DNA of 63,914 nt, filler included, from Nanobdellota archaeon (GTDB lineage Archaea > Nanobdellota > Nanobdellia > B33-G15): assembly GCA_003660925.1 (NCBI GenBank). It is 5 parts of 5 records of this genome, joined end to end, with 100 filler letters (N's around TTAATTAATTAA, not from the genome) between each part and the next. Parts side by side here need not be neighbours in the genome. Positions count along the whole stretch, not along the records: positions 1 to 15,869 come from QMVD01000010.1; 4 more parts are not named here. One strand, 5' to 3'. The translations under genes and the position numbers were made by a program. Below are positions 1-7,806 of this stretch, one piece after another (the stretch's first letter is position 1; every line of letters begins with the position of its first letter). The notes under the pieces are model-generated. The model was not told the DNA's origin, did not search any database, and worked only from the letters and a program-made list of their open reading frames with translations.

Positions 1-39
1 AATGAATAGCTTTATAACTTCTTCGGAAGATTAAAAAAC

Positions 40-1050
40 ATGCCCAAACAGAAGAAGGCGAAGGAAAAGAAGGGAAAGGCCGAAGAGAGGGAGGTGAAGG
101 AAGAACCTTTCCCAAAGATCCCCTTCTTATCCAAGAGGGACTCGAGGAACGTGCAGAGGTACGTGGAGGCTGTCTTGAGGAAGTTCGGGAAATACATAAA
201 GTCCATGGTCATCTGGGGTTCTGTCAAGACTGGGGTGGGAAAGAGCAAGAAGAGCGACATAGACATCGCGGTCATTGTGGATGACACTGATGTGAGGACG
301 ATGACTAGAGAAGAAGTCAAAGAGAAGTTGTTCCAGAGGCTGGTGGAACTCGCATATCCCATATCAAAGAAATTACATCCCCAACCCTACCTCCTGACCG
401 AATTTTGGGAGTACGTCAGGGAAGGAAACCCCGTCCTCTTCAACGTCTTAAAAGATGGGGTCCCCTTGTACGATACTGGGTTCTTCGTCCCTATTCAGAT
501 GATCTTCAGGATGGGAAATATAAAGCCCAGCAAAGAGGCAATAGATAAGCACATGTACGTTGCTAAGGAGCTAATAAAACTCGCTAAGAACACTTTGCTG
601 GAGAAGCTGAGTTATGATTTAGAACAAGCGGTGGTCAGCTCCACCCAAGCGGTCTTGATGGAGTTGGGTTACAGGCCACCCGCTCCCAAGGAGATCCCAA
701 ACTTCGTGGAGGAGGTCTTGGTGAAGAAGGAGAAGTTGGTGGACGAGAAGTTCGCGGAGATCGCCAAGGAAATCATCCAGACTTACAAGGACATAGAACA
801 CAGGGAGAGAAAGGAATATTTGGGGAGTGAGTTCGAAAAGCATTGTAAGCTGACCGAAAAGTACGTGGAGAAGATGGAGCAAATCCTGAAGAAGTTAAGG
901 AAGGAGAAAGGGGAGAGTTATAAGTTCGAGCTCGTGGAGAAGCTCGAGAAGGCGAAAGTGAGGAGGGACGGAATGGTGTCCCTCCCAAAGAAGAAAAGGC
1001 CCGAGGAAAAGGCGGAGAAGATGATAAAGGAGGAGCTGGGCCAGAGATAA
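40..1050 (+). CDS. Nucleotidyltransferase (MNT/Pol-beta-like) fused to C-terminal HEPN-like domain
   Basis: GS...SDIDIAVIVDD NTase motif; helical C-terminal half with YKDIEH; TATA-like TTTATAA at 11-17. Confidence 0.75.
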   Translation: MPKQKKAKEKKGKAEEREVKEEPFPKIPFLSKRDSRNVQRYVEAVLRKFGKYIKSMVIWGSVKTGVGKSKKSDIDIAVIVDDTDVRTMTREEVKEKLFQRLVELAYPISKKLHPQPYLLTEFWEYVREGNPVLFNVLKDGVPLYDTGFFVPIQMIFRMGNIKPSKEAIDKHMYVAKELIKLAKNTLLEKLSYDLEQAVVSSTQAVLMELGYRPPAPKEIPNFVEEVLVKKEKLVDEKFAEIAKEIIQTYKDIEHRERKEYLGSEFEKHCKLTEKYVEKMEQILKKLRKEKGESYKFELVEKLEKAKVRRDGMVSLPKKKRPEEKAEKMIKEELGQR

Positions 1051-1081
1051 GGTTTTTAAATGGTTTTGAGGTGATAGAGGT

Positions 1082-1336
1082 ATGAAGGCCCTGATCTTGT
1101 CTTACAGGAGGGGAAGACACACCCAAAACACCAAGCAAATGCTCATAAAAGTGGAGGGACTGGATGTAGAGGGAGCCTCGAAGTTAATAGGGAAAGAGGT
1201 CGTGTGGAGGTCCAAAGGCGGGAAGGAGATCAAGGGGAAGATATCTTCCTTGCATGGGAGGAAGGGTGTGTTAAGGGTCATATTTGAAAGGGGTCTTCCT
1301 GGTCAAGCGATAGGGACTGAGGTGGAGATCCTCTAA
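1082..1336 (+). CDS. rpl35ae: 50S ribosomal protein L35Ae
   Basis: SYRRGRHTQ...LIGKEVVW...GKISSLHGRKGVLRVIFERGLPGQAIG. Confidence 0.95.
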   Translation: MKALILSYRRGRHTQNTKQMLIKVEGLDVEGASKLIGKEVVWRSKGGKEIKGKISSLHGRKGVLRVIFERGLPGQAIGTEVEIL

Positions 1337-1337
1337 A

Positions 1338-2390
1338 ATGCGAGAAGTTAAAGAAGGAAAAGTGAGGATACTCTCTTACACCAAAGAAGTGCCTTCTAAA
1401 GACATGCCCGTCTTCTACAACCCGAAAAAGGAACTTGACAGAACTCTATGTGTCCTCTTCCTTAAATCTTTAAATGGTCATGAAAAATTCGTCGTCTGTG
1501 ACTTATTAGCCGCTTCTGGGGTGAGGGGGATAAGGATAAAGAAGGAGGTTGGGGTGAAAAAAGTGGTGCTGAACGACCTCAATCCGAATGCTGTGAAGTT
1601 GATGGAGAGGAACGCGAAGTTGAACGGGGTGGAGGTGGAGATACGTAATGAGGAGGGGAACAAGTTCCTATATAATTATGAGGGTCGCTTCGACTACATT
1701 GACATAGACCCCTTCGGCTCTCCAGTCCCTTTCTTAGAAGCTGCCATCAGGAAGTTGAGGAACAAGGGGTTCCTGGGGCTCACCGCTACGGACACTGCCC
1801 CCCTCTCGGGGACTTATCCGAACACGTGTTTGAGGAGATATGGATCGATGTGTTTCAGGACGGACTTCAAGCACGAAATCGGGTTGAGAATCTTGATGAA
1901 GAAAGTTATCAAAAAGGGGGCGGAACAAGACGTGGCCTTGGTCCCTCTCTTCGCATATTACTCAGGGGATTATTACAGGGCCTATTTCCAAAAAGTAAGC
2001 GGTGCGAGGAGAGCTGATGAACTTTTAGAGAAGGTGAGATCCCTTTTCTACGATGGAAAGACTTTGGAAAGGGGGTTTTGGGAAGGGAAGGGAAGAATAT
2101 TAGGTCCCCTATGGTGCGGGAACCTGACGAGTGAAGTGGTGAGGAAGATGTATGAGAGGAGTAAAATGGGGCTCTTGAGGACCCTCTTGGAGGAGGATGA
2201 GGTCGGGGTCCCTTGGCATTACGACCTTCACGCCACATGTAAGCTCTTAAAGAGGAGTGTACCGAAGCTGGGGAAGGTCCTAAAGAAGTTGAGGGAGAAG
2301 GGATTCAAAGCGAGCAGGACTCATTTCAACCCAATGGGAATAAAGACGGACGCCAACATAGAAGAAGTGAAAAAAGTTATTTCTCCTTGA
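1338..2390 (+). CDS. trm1: tRNA (guanine26-N2)-dimethyltransferase
   Basis: PVFYNP, LAASGVRGIR, IDIDPFGSP, TATDTAPLSG, SRTHF...GIKTDA. Confidence 0.95.
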   Translation: MREVKEGKVRILSYTKEVPSKDMPVFYNPKKELDRTLCVLFLKSLNGHEKFVVCDLLAASGVRGIRIKKEVGVKKVVLNDLNPNAVKLMERNAKLNGVEVEIRNEEGNKFLYNYEGRFDYIDIDPFGSPVPFLEAAIRKLRNKGFLGLTATDTAPLSGTYPNTCLRRYGSMCFRTDFKHEIGLRILMKKVIKKGAEQDVALVPLFAYYSGDYYRAYFQKVSGARRADELLEKVRSLFYDGKTLERGFWEGKGRILGPLWCGNLTSEVVRKMYERSKMGLLRTLLEEDEVGVPWHYDLHATCKLLKRSVPKLGKVLKKLREKGFKASRTHFNPMGIKTDANIEEVKKVISP

Positions 2391-3294
2391 CTTCCTTCAC
2401 CTTATCTTCCAGACCTAACTGCTCCAAGAGCTCCTTGTACCTGTTCCTTATGGTGACCTCAGTCACCCCAGCCACATCAGCCACTTCCCTCTGGGTCTTC
2501 TTCTCCCCAGTGAGGAGGGCTGCCACGTATAAGCTCGCGGCAGCTATACCCATGGGACCCTTCCCGCTGGTGATTTCCTTCTTCAGGGCTTTTTTCAGGA
2601 TCTCTATGGCTTTGGTAGTGGTCTGAGGGCTCAAGCCCAACTCATTGGAGAACCTGTAGATGTAATCCAAGGGGGAAGTTGGCAAGATCCTTATCCCCAG
2701 TTGTCTACAAATGAACCTGTAAGTCTTCCCGATCTCCTTCTTGTCCAGCCCAAAGGCGAGGCTTATCTCTCCGAGGGTTCTTGGGACATTGTTTATGCGA
2801 CACGCGGCGTATATGGCACCAGCCACCACGCTCTCCATGCTCCTTCCCCTAACCAAACCTTTTCTCGCTGCCTGCTCGTATATCCTGGCTGCTTCCTTCT
2901 CCACGGACTCTGGGAGCTTCAAGACGCTCGCGGACCTCCTCAGATCCGTTAGGGCAAACTTCAAGTTCCTCTCTATCGCGGTGCTTATCCTGGTCTGCCA
3001 CTTGGCGATCCTCAAGTACTTCCTCCTATCAGCCACTGAGAGGCCCTTCATGTCCGCCCCTATCCCCACCATGGTGGAAACTCCCTTGTCGTGCCTTGTA
3101 GGAGTTAAAGGAGAACCAGCCCTCCTCCTGGACTCCTTTTGCTCGAAATCGAACTCCCTCCACTCCTGGCTGAAGTCTATGAGCCTCTCCTCCATCACGC
3201 TCCCGCACTTCCTGCAGATGACCTCTCCACGAGCCCTGTCATAAAAGAAGTCACTAGCTCCACATACGGGACATCTTAGCTTTCTTTTTTTCAT
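2377..3294 (-). CDS. tfb: Transcription initiation factor IIB
   Basis: Zn ribbon CPVC/CRKC, EWREF, two cyclin repeats, TQREVADVAGVTEVTIRNRYKEL. Confidence 0.97.
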   Translation of the reverse strand: MKKRKLRCPVCGASDFFYDRARGEVICRKCGSVMEERLIDFSQEWREFDFEQKESRRRAGSPLTPTRHDKGVSTMVGIGADMKGLSVADRRKYLRIAKWQTRISTAIERNLKFALTDLRRSASVLKLPESVEKEAARIYEQAARKGLVRGRSMESVVAGAIYAACRINNVPRTLGEISLAFGLDKKEIGKTYRFICRQLGIRILPTSPLDYIYRFSNELGLSPQTTTKAIEILKKALKKEITSGKGPMGIAAASLYVAALLTGEKKTQREVADVAGVTEVTIRNRYKELLEQLGLEDKVKEVKEK

Positions 3295-3368
3295 CGAAAA
3301 TCTTTTAAAAATTACTAAAAAAGCTTTATAAATCTTTCGGTTTAGTTTTCCTTCTGAAGTAGATAAAA

Positions 3369-3743
3369 TTATTTGATAAGAACTCCGTTGGCGAAGCCCT
3401 CTTGAGAAGGCCTGTTGGTTATCTTAACTTTCCCGAGTTCTGTCTCTACTACAGCCCCTTTAGTTAAGATCCCCATCCTCTTATAGTGCCTATTAGCGGG
3501 GTTATCTATCACTTTCTTTATCTCCACCCTTTTAACCTTCTTTCCCACCTTCACGTTCACGAACTTGAGCTTGACCGCCTTCACCTTCCTGTTGCCTCCC
3601 ATCACCCTTATCACTTTCCTCTCTTCCTCCTCTCCTATCGTGGGAAGCACGTCTATTCTTCCCAACTCCCTCTTCCTCTTATCCCTGAACTTGTGATATT
3701 TTCCCCCAGTAGGTTTCCTTAAGCCTCTCCCTTGCCAGAGCAT
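3369..3743 (-). CDS. rps8e: 30S ribosomal protein S8e
   Basis: RKPTGGK...KRKRELGR, RVMGGNRK, NPANRHY, TNRPSQEG. Confidence 0.97.
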   Translation of the reverse strand: MLWQGRGLRKPTGGKYHKFRDKRKRELGRIDVLPTIGEEEERKVIRVMGGNRKVKAVKLKFVNVKVGKKVKRVEIKKVIDNPANRHYKRMGILTKGAVVETELGKVKITNRPSQEGFANGVLIK

Positions 3744-3774
3744 AGAAAGGTGAACGCGGGGGAATTTAAAAAAC

Positions 3775-4395
3775 TTACTTAGCCTTCATGCTCAAATATA
3801 TTCTCCTTTTCCTGGGGTTGTCGGGATTGTCGATAACGATCTCCCCTTCAAAACCTTGCCCCTTGAAGATCCTGGCCACCTTCCAGAGTTCCTCCTCACT
3901 CTTGGGATAGAACTGAATTACCAACTTCCCTCCTCTCTTGAGCACGTATCTTATCCCAGAAGCCAACTTCTTGAGGTCTTCCCTTTCCTTCATCCACTGC
4001 AAAGCGGAGGCTGAAACGACCGCGTCGAACTCCTCCCTCTCGAACAACTTCGAAAGTTCTCTCATGTCGCCCTCCCTCACCTTTAGCCCCTTCTCCTTCG
4101 CCTTCTCCAACATCTTGGGTAAGATGTCTAAGCCTATCGCTTCGTATCCCTCTTCCTGGTAGACCTTTGTGGTGAACCCGACCCCACATCCCAAATCCAA
4201 CAATCTAGAACCCTTCTTCAACTCTAACAACTCCAGGATCCTGTGAGCTATTCTTTCCTGGGCCCTCCTCATCCCTCCAGAGCGCGTGTACCTCTCTATC
4301 TCCTCTTCCGTGTAATACAAAGAAGGATCGCCGTAAACCTCCTCAGGCCTCTCTATTTTTACCTTCCACCTCTTTTTAACCATGGACATCTTCAC
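3775..4395 (-). CDS. Class I SAM methyltransferase, Bud23/WBSCR22-like (putative SSU rRNA guanine-N7 methyltransferase)
   Basis: RPEE..P..YY, RILELLEL, LDLGCGVG, FDAVVSASALQW, GGKLVIQFYPK, GFEG..VIDNP..RK..YL; start could be 4395, 4389 or 4383. Confidence 0.8.
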   Translation of the reverse strand: MKMSMVKKRWKVKIERPEEVYGDPSLYYTEEEIERYTRSGGMRRAQERIAHRILELLELKKGSRLLDLGCGVGFTTKVYQEEGYEAIGLDILPKMLEKAKEKGLKVREGDMRELSKLFEREEFDAVVSASALQWMKEREDLKKLASGIRYVLKRGGKLVIQFYPKSEEELWKVARIFKGQGFEGEIVIDNPDNPRKRRIYLSMKAK

Positions 4396-4706
4396 GCTCT
4401 CTTGAACCTCTCCTTGTCCCTGCGCTCGTACTTCTCCATGATGCCCTCGAAGGCCTTCTCCAAATCTATGTTCAAAGAATTTGCCATACAGAGGAGAGCG
4501 AAGATGATGTCAGCTATCTCCTCACCTATGTTCCCTTCCTCCCTCCCCGCTTTCTTCGGCTTTTCTCCGAACCTGTGATTTATCTCCCTAGCCAACTCCC
4601 CCACTTCTTCCATGACCCTCAACATCATGTTACTAGGTTTCCAGTACCCAGGAGTGTTTGACTTTATCCACTCGTCCACGATCCTCTGCATTTCCCTTAT
4701 TTCCAT
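4392..4706 (-). CDS. MazG-like nucleotide pyrophosphohydrolase (YpjD-like)
   Basis: EEVGELAREINH.FGEKPKK, EEIADIIF, YERRDKERF. Confidence 0.9.
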   Translation of the reverse strand: MEIREMQRIVDEWIKSNTPGYWKPSNMMLRVMEEVGELAREINHRFGEKPKKAGREEGNIGEEIADIIFALLCMANSLNIDLEKAFEGIMEKYERRDKERFKRA

Positions 4707-4799
4707 GGGAAAAGAAGTGAAAGTTCATTTTAAACATTTGCGTCCGAAAAAGCAAAAGCTTAAAAAAAGCGTCCCCAATACCAAAATAAGGTGCTCAAG

Positions 4800-5027
4800 A
4801 TGGAAGGCGTGAGACCGCTCGATTTGCTCAACGAAAGCAAGGGGAAGAGGGTACTAGTGGAACTCAAGAATGGGAAGCAGTTCATAGGTAAGCTCGTGTC
4901 CTTCGACATTCACATAAACACCGTCCTCGAGGAGGCCCAGGAGATGGAAAATGGGGAGATCAAGAGGAACTTGGGCAAGATATTCTTGAGGGGAGACACC
5001 ATCATAATGATATCTCCTTCTGAGTGA
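4800..5027 (+). CDS. Sm-like (SmAP/Lsm) RNA-binding protein
   Basis: [31 protein letters not shown]; usual linkage to rpl37e. Confidence 0.95.
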   Translation: MEGVRPLDLLNESKGKRVLVELKNGKQFIGKLVSFDIHINTVLEEAQEMENGEIKRNLGKIFLRGDTIIMISPSE

Positions 5028-5032
5028 TTGGG

Positions 5033-5224
5033 ATGAAAGGGACTCCATCCATGGGTAAAAAGGGCAGGAGTAAGACCCACGTTAGGTGCAGGAGGTGTGG
5101 GAGGCATTCCTACAACTTAGCGAAGCGCTATTGTGCGCACTGCGGTTTTGGGAGGAGCAAGAAGCTCAGGAATTACAACTGGTCCGCAAAGAAAGTAAAC
5201 AGGAAGAGAAAGCCCAATAAGTAA
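5033..5224 (+). CDS. rpl37e: 50S ribosomal protein L37e
   Basis: [28 protein letters not shown]. Confidence 0.97.
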   Translation: MKGTPSMGKKGRSKTHVRCRRCGRHSYNLAKRYCAHCGFGRSKKLRNYNWSAKKVNRKRKPNK

Positions 5225-5225
5225 G

Positions 5226-5233
5226 TTTTTAAA
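5226..5233 (+). promoter_or_regulatory. TATA box of tRNA-Lys
   Basis: TTTTTAAA at -30..-23 from the mature tRNA 5' end. Confidence 0.6.
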
Positions 5234-5255
5234 CGGATTGGAGGATTAAGAAATT

Positions 5256-5329
5256 GGGCCGGTAGCTCAGCTTGGTAGAGCAACTGGCTCTTAACCAGTT
5301 GGTCGCGGGTTCAAATCCCGCCCGGCCCA
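5256..5329 (+). tRNA. tRNA-Lys(CTT)
   Basis: Cloverleaf: GGGCCGG/CCGGCCC acceptor, ACTGG-CTCTTAA-CCAGT anticodon arm, GGTTCAAATCC T arm; CCA not encoded. Confidence 0.97.
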
Positions 5330-5605
5330 TTGGAGTCTGAGCTCGAAAAGGAATTGAAGGAAAAGGAACTGAAGGAAGGATTGGTAAAGGCCTTGGGGAT
5401 CATCGCGCCTTCTTCCTCCCTCACGAGCGCTCTCTTCATCCATGAAGTGATAGGACTAGCGAGCACTGGAGTGCTCTCCAATGCCTTAGTCATATACACC
5501 TTCGCAACTGCCCTCTCCACCCTCACCTCAGTCTACAGCGGGTATTGGTTCGTGAAAGAGCTCAAGGAATATATTAGAAACCACGATTCTTCTCGGGTTC
5601 CCTGA
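5330..5605 (+). CDS. Hypothetical small membrane protein
   Basis: TTG start abutting tRNA 3' end; charged N-terminus followed by about two hydrophobic segments. Confidence 0.5.
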   Translation: MESELEKELKEKELKEGLVKALGIIAPSSSLTSALFIHEVIGLASTGVLSNALVIYTFATALSTLTSVYSGYWFVKELKEYIRNHDSSRVP

Positions 5606-6812
5606 CTTCCTCAAGTTCTCCCTTGAGCAGTTTATCTATGGCCTCCCTCGCGCTCATCCTCCTCGGGAGCTTGTACAACTCGATGAAGTTGTCCCTCAAG
5701 ACGTGAAAGGGTCCCTCCCCTATTCCACCAACTAACAGGACATCTACCTTCTTCTTCACCAAGAAGCGAGCTGCAGTTATGCCTATTTTCCTCTCCAACT
5801 TCGCTCCTGGGTTCTCCTTTGCCTCCCAACCCTTTACCTTCCCCTTCCTCACATCGACCAGCAAGAAGTAGGGAGCTCTACCGAAGTGGGGCGAAGTCCT
5901 TGAACTTAGCCCTTTATCCTCCACCACAGGGATTGCCACTTTGAAGCTGTCCCTTTCCTTAGGCTCGATGTGAATCGTTAAGGTGTCTACCTCCCTCACG
6001 ACCTCCTTCACCTTTTGTTCTATCTCAGTGGAGATCTTGTGTGCCTTATCCACAGAGAGCCCTTTCTCCACCTCCACGTGCATCTCCCCGAAGACGAATG
6101 GACCCGACCTCCTAAGTCTCAGATCGTGCACTCCTTTTACTCCCCTGACTCCCATCGCTGTCTCCTTGATCAAGTCCTTCAACTCCGGTTCCAAGCAGGC
6201 GTCCATGAGGACCAAAATGGCGTTCTTCCCCATGGAGAGGCCTATCCATATCACGAAGAGGGAAATCACCAACCCCGCGAAGGATTCCATCCAATGGAGT
6301 CCAAGGGTTGAGAGCGCGATGCCCGCCAACACGAGCAAGGAAAGATAGGCATCAATCCTCGAGTGCTTTCCTTCCCCTATCAGGGCTTGCGAGTTGATCT
6401 CTTTCCCCACCTTCTCCTCGTACTTTGAGAGGAGATAAGAGACAAAGGTTAACACGGTTATGAGGGGTAATACTAAATGCGGAAAGGAGGGAGCGGCGGG
6501 GTTGAAGAAGCTCTCTACGGACTCCCCGAACATCTCCATCCCTGAAAGGATTATTACGATGGAAACTGCCAGGGAGGCGAAAGTCTCCGCCTTGTAGTAG
6601 CCATAAGGAAACCTCTCATCAGGCTTCCTCCTGGCTAATCTCAACCCTATGAAAACCGCCAAGGAGGCAAAAATGTCGGAAAAGGAATGGACGGCGTCAG
6701 CGAGGAGGGCCACGCTCCCTGACACCCAACCCGCCACCCCCTTGGTCACGCTAAGCAGAAGGGTCACTAAGGTAGCTAGCCTTGCTGCCCTTTCCCCCTT
6801 CTTCAGCTTCAT
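5574..6812 (-). CDS. Cation diffusion facilitator with C-terminal NifB/NifX-like domain
   Basis: ALLADAVHSFSD, FPYGYYKAE, HSRID, IHIEP; C-terminal HFGRAPYF...GGIGEGP. Confidence 0.9.
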   Translation of the reverse strand: MKLKKGERAARLATLVTLLLSVTKGVAGWVSGSVALLADAVHSFSDIFASLAVFIGLRLARRKPDERFPYGYYKAETFASLAVSIVIILSGMEMFGESVESFFNPAAPSFPHLVLPLITVLTFVSYLLSKYEEKVGKEINSQALIGEGKHSRIDAYLSLLVLAGIALSTLGLHWMESFAGLVISLFVIWIGLSMGKNAILVLMDACLEPELKDLIKETAMGVRGVKGVHDLRLRRSGPFVFGEMHVEVEKGLSVDKAHKISTEIEQKVKEVVREVDTLTIHIEPKERDSFKVAIPVVEDKGLSSRTSPHFGRAPYFLLVDVRKGKVKGWEAKENPGAKLERKIGITAARFLVKKKVDVLLVGGIGEGPFHVLRDNFIELYKLPRRMSAREAIDKLLKGELEEVREPEKNRGF

Positions 6813-7258
6813 GCTCTCATCCATCTAGGTCCCCTCCTCGCGTAACCCCTATCCTCCGGTGCCCTGTGTATGTTCGTGCTCCCGCACTTAGGGCACTTGG
6901 CTGGCCTCGGCGCTCCATAGGGAACTTCCCATTTGTGCCCACAGTTATAGCATAAGAACCTTCTCATGGGGATCCCTTTCACCACTTTATACTCACCTCC
7001 CTCTATCCTCAGTCCCTTCCCCTCCACGAGGGACTGGGCCACCTTTTTCCTCGCGGACTTCAACAATCTGCTGAAGGTGGGTTGAGATATGTTCATCCGC
7101 TTAGCCGCTTCCTTCTGATCTAGTCCCTCCAGATCGCTGAGCCTCATGGCCTCGAGCTCATCCACCGTGAGGTTGACCTCCGAGGTCTCCCACCCAGGCC
7201 CAAAGTAGGTGACCCTAGGTTCGAACCACACCCACCTACATCTTCTCCTTCGAGGCAT
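6809..7258 (-). CDS. DUF134 family HTH protein with C-terminal Zn ribbon
   Basis: MPRRRRCR, ELEAMRLSDLEGLDQ.EAA..M.ISQPTF.R.L..AR.KVA, CYNC...CPKC. Confidence 0.9.
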   Translation of the reverse strand: MPRRRRCRWVWFEPRVTYFGPGWETSEVNLTVDELEAMRLSDLEGLDQKEAAKRMNISQPTFSRLLKSARKKVAQSLVEGKGLRIEGGEYKVVKGIPMRRFLCYNCGHKWEVPYGAPRPAKCPKCGSTNIHRAPEDRGYARRGPRWMRA

Positions 7259-7292
7259 AATGAATATATATTCATTATCTTTAAAAATCTTT

Positions 7293-7763
7293 CTAGAGCA
7301 CCCACTCCCAAAAGAGGGAGCCCGTGTAAGCTATGAAAATGTACATAAGGGCCTTCCCAATGAAGGTAGCCAAGAGAAACTTCCTCAGATCATACTTGGT
7401 GATCCCAGCGAAGATGCCTAGGAGATCGTCGGGAAGGGGGGTGGCAGCGAATGCTATCAAAAGGGCGAACATCCCGTACTTGTTTATCTTCTCCTTCCAC
7501 TTCTCTATCTCTTTCTCATACCTCTCCAACAACTCTAAAGACCCCCTTCCCACCCCATAACTTATTACCTCCCCCAGACACGATCCCGCAGCAGCGAGGA
7601 GACCAATGAGCAGGGGGTAATTATTAACGGAAAAGAGGAAGACGATGATGTGGGAGGGAATGGGAAAGAAGACAGTGGCGCTGGAGAGGAAGGAGATGAT
7701 GAAGACGCCAAGATAACCATATTGGGAGACTAAGGTATAGGCGAAGTCCTCTAACCAACCCAT
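7293..7763 (-). CDS. VTT/DedA (SNARE-associated) membrane protein
   Basis: FFPIP, GSCLGE.ISY..G, ATPLPDD, F....FIGK. Confidence 0.85.
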   Translation of the reverse strand: MGWLEDFAYTLVSQYGYLGVFIISFLSSATVFFPIPSHIIVFLFSVNNYPLLIGLLAAAGSCLGEVISYGVGRGSLELLERYEKEIEKWKEKINKYGMFALLIAFAATPLPDDLLGIFAGITKYDLRKFLLATFIGKALMYIFIAYTGSLFWEWVL

Positions 7764-7806
7764 CCCTTAAACAAGGAAGTGTGACTATATAATTTTTAGG
7801 GAAACG

